From Bacteroidales bacterium (lineage in GTDB: Bacteria > Bacteroidota > Bacteroidia > Bacteroidales > JAFGUD01): a stretch of DNA of 57,019 bases. Position numbers and translations under genes: made by a program. Of the stretch, positions 28,102 through 39,900 are shown one piece after another; position 1 is the first letter of the stretch; every line of letters starts with the position of its first letter. The notes below the pieces were generated by a model that worked only from the letters and a program-made list of their open reading frames with translations, did not search any database and was not told where the DNA came from. The stretch lies in assembly GCA_016936595.1 (NCBI GenBank), contig JAFGXO010000011.1:1-57019 (forward strand), read 5' to 3'.

Positions 28102-29436
28102 TTATTTTCTTTTTTTGCTTTTTTTCTTTTTTCTCATAGCTTGAGGACCTCCTGTTGTCATCGTCTTCATCATTTTTTTCATCTGCGAAAATTGTTTGAT
28201 TAAAGCGTTAACTTCTTGAACAGAGGTGCCGCTACCGTCAGCAATTCTGGCACGTCTGGATCCGTTTAAAATAGCGGGTTCGTGCCGTTCTTGAGGAGTC
28301 ATAGAGTAAATGATTGCTTCAATACTTTTAAAAGCATCATCGTCAATATCAACGTCTTTTATTGCTTTTCCAACGCCGGGAATCATTGCAGCCAAGTCTT
28401 TTAAATTACCCATTTTTTTAATTTGTTTAATCTGACTTAAAAAGTCTTCAAAATCAAATTGTTGTTTGGCTATTTTTTGTTGTAATTTTTTTGCTTCTTC
28501 GGCATCGTAATTTTCTTGAGCTTTTTCAACAAGTGATTTTATATCACCCATTCCTAAAATTCGGTCGGCTAAACGGTCGGGGTAAAAAAGGTCAAGAGCT
28601 TCAAGTTTTTCGCCGGTACTAACAAATTTTATTGGTTTATCAACAACATATTTAATAGAAAGAGCAGCACCACCGCGAGTATCTCCGTCAAGTTTTGTTA
28701 AAACAACTCCGTCAAAATCAAGAACTTTGTTAAATTCAAAAGCAGTGTTTACGGCATCTTGCCCTGTCATAGAGTCAACTACAAAAAGAGTTTCGTTTGG
28801 GTTAATTGCTTTTTTAATGTTTGATATTTCCCGCATCATTTGCTCGTCGATAGACAAACGTCCGGCAGTATCAACAATAACAACGTTATTATGGTTTTCT
28901 TTTGCTTGTTTAATAGCGTTTTGAGCAATTTTTACCGGATCTTTGTTGTCTTCTTCGGTGTAAACATCAACATTAATTTGTTGGCCAAGAACTTTTAGTT
29001 GTTCAATAGCGGCAGGTCTGTAAACGTCGGCAGCAACTAATAAAGGTTTTTTGCCGCGTTTTGATTTTAAAAATAAGGCTAATTTACCCGAAAAAGTTGT
29101 TTTTCCGGAACCTTGTAAACCTGAAATTAAAATTATTGTTGGTTTTCCATCAAGGTTGATGTCTGCTTGTTCTCCGCCCATTAGTGCAACTAATTGATCG
29201 TGAACAATTTTAACCATAAGTTGTCCGGGCTGAATAGCAGTAATAACGTTTTGGCCTATTGCTTCTTCCTTAATTTTAGCTGTAAATTCTTTTGCTATTT
29301 TATAGTTAACATCGGCATCAACTAATGCTCTACGTATTTCTTTTACGCTTTCGGCAACGTTTATTTCCGTAATTTTGTGTTGACCTTTTAGTATTTTAAA
29401 AGATCTTTCGAGTTTATCCGATAAATTTTCAAACAT
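28102..29436 (-). CDS. ffh: Signal recognition particle protein
   Basis: MFENLSDKL, GLQGSGKTT, DVYRPAA, DTAGR, TKLDGDTRGG, RILGMGD, Met-rich M domain. Confidence 0.98.
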   Translation of the reverse strand: MFENLSDKLERSFKILKGQHKITEINVAESVKEIRRALVDADVNYKIAKEFTAKIKEEAIGQNVITAIQPGQLMVKIVHDQLVALMGGEQADINLDGKPTIILISGLQGSGKTTFSGKLALFLKSKRGKKPLLVAADVYRPAAIEQLKVLGQQINVDVYTEEDNKDPVKIAQNAIKQAKENHNNVVIVDTAGRLSIDEQMMREISNIKKAINPNETLFVVDSMTGQDAVNTAFEFNKVLDFDGVVLTKLDGDTRGGAALSIKYVVDKPIKFVSTGEKLEALDLFYPDRLADRILGMGDIKSLVEKAQENYDAEEAKKLQQKIAKQQFDFEDFLSQIKQIKKMGNLKDLAAMIPGVGKAIKDVDIDDDAFKSIEAIIYSMTPQERHEPAILNGSRRARIADGSGTSVQEVNALIKQFSQMKKMMKTMTTGGPQAMRKKKKSKKRK

Positions 29437-29656
29437 AAACTTAAAATTTTAAACAGTTTACCAAAATTATTTTAAATTTTGGTATAAATAATTAAAGCTC
29501 AATAATATAAATAATTTTTTAAAGCTCTAAACTTGCATTGATAATTTAAAAACTACAAAGTTTTTTTGTTTTTTTTAGTTTAGTTTGCAAAAATAATATT
29601 TTTTGGAATAAAATCTATTCTATTTAAAATAATTGGCAGATAACTTTATTTTTTGT

Positions 29657-29687
29657 AAAAAAAGGCAGAATTTTTTAAGTTCTGCCT
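29657..29687 (-). terminator. Rho-independent terminator of the BNR-T9SS gene
   Basis: AGGCAGAA/TTCTGCCT stem with T-run on the minus strand. Confidence 0.75.
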
Positions 29688-29702
29688 AAACTAACTGTAT
29701 AA

Positions 29703-31550
29703 TTAATTTTTTATGAAGATTTTATGAAATCGTCCGTATTTTGTTCTCGATACTAAAATATATTGAGCCGGATTAAATTGTGAAACGTCTATTTGATAAT
29801 TGTTTTCTCCTTTTAAATAATTTTGATTAATGTTTTTTAAGAGTTGACCATTTATTGAATAAATTTCAAAACTTAGTTCTCCGTTTTTAACTGCATTTAC
29901 ATTTATGTTTAATGTATTTTGAACCGGATTAGGGTAAATATTAACATTAATATCTGAAGTTAATGGTCTTATTTCGTGTAAAAATGTGGTATAAATAGTG
30001 CTATCAACCGAAAGAACCGAATCTGTAAGAAGTTTAGCATAGTAAATATCTAAATCGGTTCCGTTGTCATTTAATTCTGACCAAAAAACATTTATAAAAT
30101 TGTTTGAAGCACACAACTGATAATATTCGCCAACATAAAACGCGTGACTAATGTTGTTGTAATTAAATAAAGTGTCGTTAACGTTTCGTTGCAAAAAAGT
30201 TTCGCCTCCATCGTACGAAATCCCAACAAAAAAATCAGTATTATATACATCTGGAATAGAACTATAACGGGTATCGTACCAGCTTGCTATAACTTTTCCG
30301 TCAGGAGTAACAGTTATACTTGGACGGTGATGGAATTTATAAGCAGCGGGTTGGTCAGAATTAACTCTTATTGGCTCACTCCATGTTTGGCCGTTATCAT
30401 CTGAGTGGCTTAGATGAACATTTACATTGCTGAAAAAATTGGTGTCGTTTGAGTTCCAAATAGCATAAATTCTTCCGTCAAAGTTACTGCCGCTTGTATC
30501 AACAGCAATATAGGCACTTGCATATAAACGATTATAAGCCAAAGTGTTTGTATTGTTCATTTGCAGAGCAGACCCCATATTGTTAACAAAAACTTCGGAA
30601 ATAACTGTAGTGTCTGACCAAGTTAAGCCATTATCATAAGAATTTTGATAAAATAAGAATTCAGTTGCTACTTGATCGTCGTTTGCCAAAATATTTAGAG
30701 TATCTTTGTAAGCTGGATAAACAGCATGTAAAATTCCGTTTTTATCAAAACAAATAGCTCCCTGAGTAGATGCAAATAAATCTGAAGGTGGAACCAATTT
30801 GTGGTCGGTAATAAAAGCTAAACTGTCGGCTGGTTTTCTTCTGATTCCCCAAATATCGGTAATAGAGTCGGCATGATAAAATTCTGTAGTTGAAATAATT
30901 AAATCGTTATTAAGAGGATTTACTGCCATCCATTGTTTGTCTGGAGGATAACCGCTATCAACTGCTGTTATGCCAACACCTAATTCATAATCAAAAACAC
31001 CCCAAGCTATTGTGTCGGTAATAGGGCGAATCCAAGTGGCTCCACTGTCAGAAGAGTAGGCGTAGTATAAAACTAAGTCCATATATATTTCGCTCATACT
31101 TACAACATTTGCAACAAGATATAGCCATGTGAAATGAGCAAGTCCATCATTATCATAAGCAATAACAGGATCTCCGCCACCGCCAATTACTCTTGTTTGT
31201 GATAAGTTATGTGGCATAAAATTAATATCAGAATTTTCCCAGCTTATTCCACCGTCAAGTGTGTACATCATTTTGAATAATAGCGGGTTAGTGGCTGTAC
31301 CTGAAGGGTCAATACTCATCCATGACGTTATAATATTATTCGGATTTGTTGGATTGATTGCACTGTATAGCTCTAAGTCTTCTCGGTTATCGTTAGTAAA
31401 TTGTTGTAAAGAAGAAGTTTTTGCTCCTATTTGTTTTAGAGTATTTGTTGGGATAATAACTTTTTTTTCAATAAGTAAAGAAACTGCATTTTGTGAAAAA
31501 GAAAAAAAAGATGCCATCAAAAACATCGTTGCAATAATTATTTGCTTCAT
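29703..31550 (-). CDS. T9SS-secreted BNR/Asp-box beta-propeller protein (sialidase-like fold)
   Basis: Signal peptide; Asp boxes TLDGGISW, SSDSGATW, SYDNGLTW, SDDNGQTW, SYDGGETF; GDPVIAYD, DKQW, GEYY; type A CTD IYPNPV...KIFIKN. Confidence 0.85.
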   Translation of the reverse strand: MKQIIIATMFLMASFFSFSQNAVSLLIEKKVIIPTNTLKQIGAKTSSLQQFTNDNREDLELYSAINPTNPNNIITSWMSIDPSGTATNPLLFKMMYTLDGGISWENSDINFMPHNLSQTRVIGGGGDPVIAYDNDGLAHFTWLYLVANVVSMSEIYMDLVLYYAYSSDSGATWIRPITDTIAWGVFDYELGVGITAVDSGYPPDKQWMAVNPLNNDLIISTTEFYHADSITDIWGIRRKPADSLAFITDHKLVPPSDLFASTQGAICFDKNGILHAVYPAYKDTLNILANDDQVATEFLFYQNSYDNGLTWSDTTVISEVFVNNMGSALQMNNTNTLAYNRLYASAYIAVDTSGSNFDGRIYAIWNSNDTNFFSNVNVHLSHSDDNGQTWSEPIRVNSDQPAAYKFHHRPSITVTPDGKVIASWYDTRYSSIPDVYNTDFFVGISYDGGETFLQRNVNDTLFNYNNISHAFYVGEYYQLCASNNFINVFWSELNDNGTDLDIYYAKLLTDSVLSVDSTIYTTFLHEIRPLTSDINVNIYPNPVQNTLNINVNAVKNGELSFEIYSINGQLLKNINQNYLKGENNYQIDVSQFNPAQYILVSRTKYGRFHKIFIKN

Positions 31551-31576
31551 TTTTTAGTTTTTTTTTTGAATAAAAA

Positions 31577-31603
31577 GTATGCTACCGAAAAACGGCAGCA
31601 TAC
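31577..31603 (-). terminator. Terminator-like hairpin between the two smaller T9SS genes
   Basis: GTATGCTGCCG-loop-CGGTAGCATAC followed by TTTTTATT on the minus strand. Confidence 0.7.
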
Positions 31604-31633
31604 AAACATAACCTAAACCTAATCTTATATTTC

Positions 31634-33769
31634 TTATTTTATAATAATTTTGTGATTTATTGAAATATTATTGTTTTTAAATTCAATAAAATAAATTCCT
31701 TTTTGATTTTTACTTAAATCAACATTTGCTTGGGTAATATTACTGTTTTTATAAATAATTTTTCCGTTTACATCAAAAATTGTAATATTTACAATGTTTA
31801 CACTTTGAATAGTAAATATCCCATTACTTGGATTTGGATAAATAGAGATATTTGCATTTGTTAAATCATCAATAGAAAGAGGTGAAAGACTAATATCAAC
31901 ATCTTCGTTAGCAGCATTAACAGTAAAATCGGAAGAATAATTTTCAAATCCGGCAGCAGCAACGTCAAAATTGTAAGTTCCATCAACTAAATCAATTGTA
32001 GCAACACCGCTTGCATCAGTAGTAATTGCAGAGTATCCGTCAACAGTAATATCAGCTCCCAAAACAGGGTTAGTATTTTCATCAACAACTGTAAAAGTTA
32101 CAGTGTATTCAGTTGGAATAACTTCAACTAAAGTAACATTTACTGTTTGATTTGTTCCATTTACAGTAAAAGAAGAAGAATAATCTTCGTATCCGGCAGC
32201 AGCAACGTCAAAATTGTATGTGTCGTCGAATAAATTAATAGTTGCTTCGCCGCTTGCATTAGTAGTAATAGCAGAGTAACCATCAACAGTGATTTGTGCT
32301 CCGGAAATAGGATCAGTATTTTCATCAACAACATTAAAAGTAACGTCATAACTGGTTCCGCAACCACCGGCAACGTTAATGTAATTCATTTTAGTTACTG
32401 TAACAGGACTATTACTGTAAGTAGAATTTGTAACAACAAGTTGTATTGCATAACAACCGGCTTGATAAAATTCAACAGAAGGGTTTTGGTCAGTATTAGT
32501 TGTGAAATTTGTGAAATTCCAGTGTACTCCTGCGGCACCGGGACTAACAGCCCATTGATAAGTAGTTGTTCCCGAAATTGGGTCTCCGTTTGAAACAGAC
32601 ACGTTACTTGTAAAATCAGTAGAACCATTTAAATTAACACTTGTTGGGCTTGCAGAAAAGTCAGCCATTAATTGTGGGGCTAATTCTATGGTTATATAAT
32701 CTGTTTTTGTTTCGGTTTGAGTATCGGGTGTAAAGTTTGCATTAGTAATTGTTTGAGTTACAGTATAAGTTCCGGGTTGAGTAAAACGAACAATAGGGTG
32801 AGCCGAATTAGCATCAGTTCCTTCAAGGTATTGAACATTATTGGGGGTAAATTCCCATGTAAAAGAAGATCCATTATCAAGAGGGTACGATAAATTGAGC
32901 ATTTTAAATTCATCATCTGTATTCCCTGTAGTACTTGAAGCACCCGAAGTGTTGTTAACAGCAATAAAATCAACTTCTATAGCATCATAAGGTTTTTGCC
33001 ATTGTAAAGTATGAGTAGTAGATTTTGCTGAATTTGAAACAACATAGCTCAATACAGGTCCTTGTACACCTTCAACAAACCAGTAATAAGCATCATCAGA
33101 AACAGTGCTTGTTACAGCAGGTGATCCATTCATCATCAATTGAATTTGAAAATCTTCGGTAACATGAACTCTCATTGCATTAAGATATACTTTATGTGGG
33201 AGAATAAGGGTTCCATAGGCATCACAATCAAAGTGGTATTCTCCTAAATTAGGAATGATAGCTTCGTCTTCTCCTACTCCGTCCATATACCAACCACCTG
33301 TTGCACCAAAAGGCACTACGTCGTGAGAAGTTTGGTAAGTAAAATTATCAGGGTAAAGTTGAAGTGGTCCGCCGTCGTATGCTAACCATATTTCAATACC
33401 TCCGTCATTAGCGTAAAAACCAGAACGGTTCCATTGTGTTCCTCCATTATTGTCAAAGTAAAAATAACCGTTACTACCTGAGTTAAGTTGTTCGGCTACG
33501 TCAGCGTCGGTCATAATATCAACGTGAGGTTTGCCTGTTGGGTCAAGATAATCAAAAATATTGTGATCTCCGTCGGGCACTAAAGCAGAAAAATCCCAAA
33601 TTACATTTTCGCCATCAGCACCGGGATCAAAAGCGTCTGCTCCAAATATTGAGATATAATCAACATTATCGTTTACAATAAAGCAATTATCTGCGGCAGA
33701 AATAGTTACTTGAGAAAAACTGTATGCAGAAATTAAAAGCATCAGAATGAATAAATTAATTTTTTTCAT
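31634..33769 (-). CDS. T9SS-secreted protein with two PKD-like and two Cna-B/carboxypeptidase-regulatory-like repeats
   Basis: Signal peptide, PGADGENVIWDFS and DAYGTLILP N-terminal domain, two PKD-like units, duplicated YxVTFxVVDENT...AAAG(Y/F)E units, CTD IYPNPSNG...KIIIK. Confidence 0.85.
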   Translation of the reverse strand: MKKINLFILMLLISAYSFSQVTISAADNCFIVNDNVDYISIFGADAFDPGADGENVIWDFSALVPDGDHNIFDYLDPTGKPHVDIMTDADVAEQLNSGSNGYFYFDNNGGTQWNRSGFYANDGGIEIWLAYDGGPLQLYPDNFTYQTSHDVVPFGATGGWYMDGVGEDEAIIPNLGEYHFDCDAYGTLILPHKVYLNAMRVHVTEDFQIQLMMNGSPAVTSTVSDDAYYWFVEGVQGPVLSYVVSNSAKSTTHTLQWQKPYDAIEVDFIAVNNTSGASSTTGNTDDEFKMLNLSYPLDNGSSFTWEFTPNNVQYLEGTDANSAHPIVRFTQPGTYTVTQTITNANFTPDTQTETKTDYITIELAPQLMADFSASPTSVNLNGSTDFTSNVSVSNGDPISGTTTYQWAVSPGAAGVHWNFTNFTTNTDQNPSVEFYQAGCYAIQLVVTNSTYSNSPVTVTKMNYINVAGGCGTSYDVTFNVVDENTDPISGAQITVDGYSAITTNASGEATINLFDDTYNFDVAAAGYEDYSSSFTVNGTNQTVNVTLVEVIPTEYTVTFTVVDENTNPVLGADITVDGYSAITTDASGVATIDLVDGTYNFDVAAAGFENYSSDFTVNAANEDVDISLSPLSIDDLTNANISIYPNPSNGIFTIQSVNIVNITIFDVNGKIIYKNSNITQANVDLSKNQKGIYFIEFKNNNISINHKIIIK
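31886..32350 (-). repeat. Intragenic tandem duplication of about 240 bp (two Cna-B-like domains)
   Basis: Shared DNA blocks such as TCCGGCAGCAGCAACGTCAAAATTGTA and CAGTATTTTCATCAACAAC-like sequence in both copies. Confidence 0.8.
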
Positions 33770-33803
33770 GTTTTTTTTTTTATGTTTTATAATTGGAATT
33801 GAA

Positions 33804-33865
33804 CAAATTTACTTTAATGAAAAAAAAAATGCAAAATTGTTTTGTCTAAATTCATAAATCAATAC
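33804..33865 (-). promoter_or_regulatory. -7 box plus 22-bp operator-like motif upstream of the PKD-T9SS gene
   Basis: Minus-strand TAAATTTG (33804-33811); GTCTAAATTCATAAATCAATAC (33844-33865), 32-bp gap. Confidence 0.65.
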
Positions 33866-33933
33866 ATATTGTTAATTTTATTGTTATTTAAAACGCTTTA
33901 AGATAATTGTTTAAAATTATTTAATTTCTGTTT

Positions 33934-36900
33934 TTAATTTTTAAAAAGAATAAATTTTTTAGTGAATATTTTTTGATTTTGAATAATTATCACATTGTAA
34001 ATACCCTGAGCAAGGTAGTTCAATTCATATACATTGTTTTTATTTTTTGGATTAATGTCTTTAATTTTTTTGCCTGTAATATCAAAAATTGTGATAGTTG
34101 TATTTGGTTCCGGAATGTCAATGAAATTAACAAATAGATTCATTTTATTTGAATAAATAAGAATGTTTGAATTAATAACATTAGTATTATTATTAGAATT
34201 TGTTTGATGTTTGAAAATAATTTTAAAACGATTTCTGTATGTTCCTATATTAGAGTAAAAATCATAAGTATTGTTTTTTGTTAAATCTGTTTCTGTATTA
34301 TTTTGTAAATCAATCAAATAAGGCGTAATGCTGTCCGGGAGAATAAAATCATTCATTGTAATTGAAAATTGTCCGGCAGTTCCGGTTTTAAACCCAAGAT
34401 TAAGTATAGAATTAGTGTCAATTTCCGGTAAACTGTTAATTGAAAGGTTTATACTATCATCGCTTAAACTGAAAAGATACGGAACGTTAACAGAATAACC
34501 AACTAATTTAATGGCGTCTAATTGTCCGTCATAATTTTCTGTAGCTTCGGGAATAAATCTAAGTATAGTTTCATCTGTGTATTGATTATTATAAGCAGTT
34601 AGTCTTAATTGATTAGGTTCTTCAAAATTTGATTTATAAAAAGGTACATCGTTGTGAATACGAGCACTATTGTTAACGGTTATAGAAGCACCGGGGCTAT
34701 TGGCTTTAACAAAGAATGATTGGCTAAGAGGTATGCAACCTGAAACTCTGTTTAAAACTACTGAAGGATATGGATTAGTATAAGATTCGGGTAAAAAGTA
34801 CGAGTAATTATTGTAAGCTCCGGATCCATCATCAATATAAAAATATATTGCACCATCAATATTGGTTTTTGTGATATTGTTGTTGTCATACCAATTTAAT
34901 GTTGAAGGATAAGGGTTTCCAATTAAATTCCAGCCGTCAAAAATTGAGTTGCCATGTGTTGCAGTATTATCTGTATAGCTTAAATTATAAGTTATTTCTC
35001 CGGTATTTAATTCTCCTGTAAATTCAACAGTTGCTTGATTTTGATATGTAATATATCCTTGCATTATGTTCATATTACTACCGCTTGCAGGGAATATCCA
35101 GCCCATTAATCCTCCCGAAAAATTTTGCATATTCCAGCTGTCTTCAATAGTTTCATCGTAAAAATAAAAATTATTTGGGTGAAACAAGTTAACAGAAGCT
35201 GAGGTAATAGGACTGGAAACATAGTGCCACATCAATGGACTGATATATCTTTGAACAGTAGTTGTTTCGATGCCGTAATTTACTGTGCTTTTATTAATAA
35301 ATGAGCCTGTTCCGGTAGCATCTGATTGAATAATAAAAGTTCCATTTTGGTTCATTATTCCCCAAACAGTTAGATATTTATTTGGAGCAATGTATAAATG
35401 AGAACCTGTTTGAATTGTTAGATTTTTTGTTTCTGCCAGATTATCAATATTGCTATTAGTTTCAGGAAAATTGCCTCCAACAGGTGTTGTTGGTATTATT
35501 ACATTTGTTGCATTTGAAATGTATGTATTTGGCTGCCAGTTGGTTACTGTGTTCCAGTCGGTATTTGTATTTCCTGTCCAAATAACGCTACCAAGATATT
35601 CGTCAGCTCCGATGTAGGGTGGATATTGTCGGGTTTCGCCATCAAAATCAGTTGATATTCCTGTTGTATTATCGCCGGCTTGTAAACCTGCATTTTCGGT
35701 ATGTAAATTATCAACAGATAAATACATTGGGTTAATGGTTATTGAATTAGCACCTTTCCCTGTAAAATCAGGCATAAAGTTGTTATAATTTTCAGTAGAA
35801 TTTGTTAATACTGCTGCATTGAAACTATTAGCTGAAGCTGATACAAAATTATTATTTTTGATGCTTAAAAAATCTGCTGTATTTATATTAATTCCGGCTC
35901 CATTAGTTGATAATACATTTGAGCTGTTGAAAAATATATCAATATAACCTGAATTTCCTGTGGCGTTTTCGATATTTATTCCATAACTTGTTCCACTACC
36001 GTTTCCGATAGAAAACATATTATTAATAACAAGAGCTTTGTTTCCGGCAGTGCCCAAAACATTATCTAAAAATAAACCATAACCATTAGCTTGTAATGCA
36101 ACAACATTATTTTGTGAAATAATTGATTCATTGTTGCATGTTGTTAGCGAAATTCCTCGGTAATCGGTTCTATTGGAAATTGAAACAATTGAGTTGTTTA
36201 TAATTACAGGAGTATTTACATTGGTTAAAAATATTCCTGAAAAAGATTGATTATTAAATGCGTTATGAGACAAACTAAGACCGGAAATATTTTGAGTTGC
36301 ATTTTTCCCGAATAAATTTAAGCCATAACTTCCGTTATTAAATACACAATTATAAAAATTAAAATCAGAAGAGTTAGTTAAAGTTTCAAACTCGTAAATT
36401 AATGCGTAATTGTCTGAATTATCAGAAGTTTGAACACCATTAAAAGTGCAATTTTCAAAATTTATGTAATGATTATTTTCAGCTATTTCGATAACACGTC
36501 CGTTGGTGTTTCCGAGAGCATTAAAGCTAAAATTTTTAAACGTGATATAACTTGTTCTGTAAAGTCTTAAAGTGTAGTTATTAGTTGCATCAGCATCGTG
36601 TTCTAAGATTGCTTGTCCACAGTCGTCGCACCAAGTTTCAAATGTGATTGTGTTAACATCGCTAACACCGCAGATTGTGCCAATTTGAATTTGTTCGTTA
36701 AAAGGAACATCTGCAACATCAAAGTGCACAGGACCACTAACTCCGTACATTTCTAAACTGTCAACGGCAGCTTGAATTGAAGGATAGTTAACTTCAGAAG
36801 GTTCGATAGTAAAGTCTCCGGACATTGCAACAATAGGATTAAAAGCAACGTTTCCTTCAAGTAAAATTTGAAAATCGCAGGTATTACCGGAAACACCATC

Positions 36901-39900
36901 AATAGTTATATAATATTGTGTATCGGGGTACAAATCTAAAGGATTCCAAACAATATCGCTTTCATCACCAGGATAAGCACAAAAAACTTCGGTGTGATTT
37001 GCCGGATCGCAAGCAGGTTCGGCATCAAGTCGAGTTATGGCTATTTGAATTCCAGTTCCTCCGGGTGAACAAACAATATTTTGAAAAGTAACTGAAACTT
37101 CGCCCCCACGGCAATTAGTTGTAAAATAGTACCATGCAGTATTTTCGAGTGTTACACCGGAACAGCCGGTAGTGCTAAAATTTGGGTCTTCTAATGGGTC
37201 CCATGTTGCATTACTGTTGCTTGTTGCATTAGTTACGGCATCTACAATTTCTATTGCAGCATCACAATGATCATTACAAGTAGGGAAATTTGCAACGTCA
37301 GCATAAATTGTGTCGTTAATAGTTATTTGATCTTGTTCGCCGTTTGGGCTATCGATCCAAACTGTAAGTTCACTTGTTGGCGGATTAACATTGAACATTT
37401 GTAATTCTGTTATTCGAATATAGTTAGTACTACCTTCGGCATTAGTAATATTTATTCTGAAGTACCGAAAAGGAATTGTGTTATCAAAAGTAAATACTTT
37501 CCATTCGTTCATTAAAATATTACCATAAACTTTGCTGTCAAGAGTAGTCCAAGAAGAGCCGTCGTTTGAGCCTTGAAATTGCCAAGTTCCCGGGTTATAT
37601 TGTTCGTTATTCCAACTTCCGGGGGTCTGAGTAGAGCTGCAATATACCCGGTAAGCATTAACTGCTTGTTCGTTGCCGGCACCAAGATCAACTTGTAACC
37701 AACTTGGCAATGAGTTATTGTTAGCCCAACCGGTAGTAGTTATGTTATTGTCGAAAGCAGCAGCAGCAGAATTGCCTGCGTAGCTGGAACTTGCAGAAGC
37801 TATTCCGCTTGCAGCCAAATTATTGCTCATATCTAAGCCATTGGGTATTGTAATTGGAGAAATTGTAACAATATCTGAGCTCCCGGCAGGAATATTTACA
37901 GCGTAATTGTTAGTAACTGTTGCTCCGCCATCAATAATGTAACTAATATTTATTGATGTTAAAATATCGGGTTCAGTAGCAACTCCTCCGTTATTTATGG
38001 CTAAATCAGATACTTCCCAGCAAGAATTTACGTCCATATTAGTAAGAGAGCCATTGTATCCATTGCCTGTAATATCAGAAACAGAATAACTACCAGTGTT
38101 TTCTTCCATTTGATAGTAGGCAACAAGGTTAGGTTCTGTTCCGGTTAATGATCCACAAATTCCGTTTCTGATTTCAGCTTCACTTAGGGCTATGTCCCAA
38201 ATTTTTACTTCATCAAGGTTTATATTTGAAGAGTATGTGTTGTTGTTTTTTCCGCCAAAATTCCATTCAGCCGAAGGAATAGTAATATTTGCGGTATAGT
38301 TGTAAACATTTTCTCCGTTTACGTATAATTTTATGCTTGAACCATCAGAAACCCATGCAACATGCGTCCATTCTCCAACGGGCAGATAAACCGCTGTTGT
38401 TCGCCAGCCTGTAGCCGGAGTATAAAATCTAAGTTGCCCATTTGTTTCTTTTGTTGTTTCAAATCTATCGCCTGCAACGCTCGTAATTCTGTCGTAGGTG
38501 CCGTCTGTTCCGTTGTGTTTTACATAATATTCAACAGTAAAGTTGGTAAAAGCCGGTAAAGTACCAATTGTTACCATATCATTTGAACCATCAAATTTTA
38601 ATGAAGTTTGACCATCAAATCCACATGGGTCAAATAGTTGGCAAAAATTATTTCGGTTTGCTATTTCTACTTCTAAGTTGTATTCTTGTCCATAGCAACC
38701 TGTTAAATTAGTGATTTCTGCGTCAATTCGGGCATCGGAAATTGTAAAATTATCAAATGCAAAGTAGTAGTAGTAAGGATTATTGTAATATGTACGTCCA
38801 ATAATTCTAAACTTCACACAAGTTTCATCTTTTAAATTACAAAGAGTATGTTCAACATAAGTCCATTCATCAACAGGATTTCCTAAATTATTAGTCCACC
38901 AATTTGTGCTACCGGAATACCAATTGGGATCAGAATTTGTTCCGAGTTGAAGCCACGAAACTCCTCCGTTTGTAGAATATTCGACATGAAAATAATCGTA
39001 ACTTGTGTGATATAAATGATATTTAACGTCCATTGATAGGATAGGATTTTCTAATCCGGTAAAGTCAAAAACCGGACTTTCAACCCAATAATAATCCCAT
39101 TTTCCGTTTGTTGTAACTTCGGTAAACCAACTTTGTCCGTTATTTTCGTTTCCCTCAAGATAATCAAATTGTCCAAGAACAAATTTTCGTCCATTGTTAT
39201 CAGGTGGATTATCTCCGCTTGATGTCCAATATTTTGATGTTGTTGGATTGTTGAAATTTTCAAAGTATGGAAAAGTTGAAATTAGAGTGTCGTTTACAGT
39301 AATAGATTGATAAATGGTGTCGTTTTGGTTATTAAAATCGGTTAATAAGCTCGAAAAAGTTTTTAAATAGTAAGTTCCGAGTGTTCGCATGTCAATATTT
39401 GTAGCAAATGTGTAATTTACGTATGTTTTAGCCGGAATATCAACATTTCCAATAAGGGTTTGAGTAATAGCACCGGTAATTTCGCAAGTTATTGGTACTG
39501 AGGTTAAATCGGAACAAAATGGATTATAAACTGTTACTGTAACCGGTTGATTTTCAATAAAAGTGCAATGTTCCTGGTCTTCAGTGGGGGTAACATATTC
39601 AGTTACGGCTGCGTCGGTGATTTGGTCGTAAATCCAAAAATTATCAAAAGCAAATTGATTATATCCTTCATTAATATAATAAGTTCGGGCTTTTACTCTA
39701 AATTTTACACAGTCTTCGCCTGCCAAAAAACATACATCATGCTGCATTTTAGTCCATTCGATTAATGGATTTGTATTGTTTGCTGTCCACCAATTTGTTG
39801 AGCCTGAATACCAGTTATAATCAGCACTTGTTCCAAGTTGTATCCATGTATCGCCTCCATCTAAAGAATATTCTAAATTAACATAATTATAAGAGGAATG

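Noticed and set aside
29459-29484. 10-bp inverted repeat TACCAAAATT/AATTTTGGTA in the ffh leader as SRP RNA or a regulatory RNA
   Set aside because: Too short and AU-rich, with no SRP RNA GNRA-loop motif; function unsupported
29703-31550. Calling the BNR protein a true sialidase
   Set aside because: Asp boxes are present but no FRIP/RIP motif or clear Arg triad is visible; only the fold is supported
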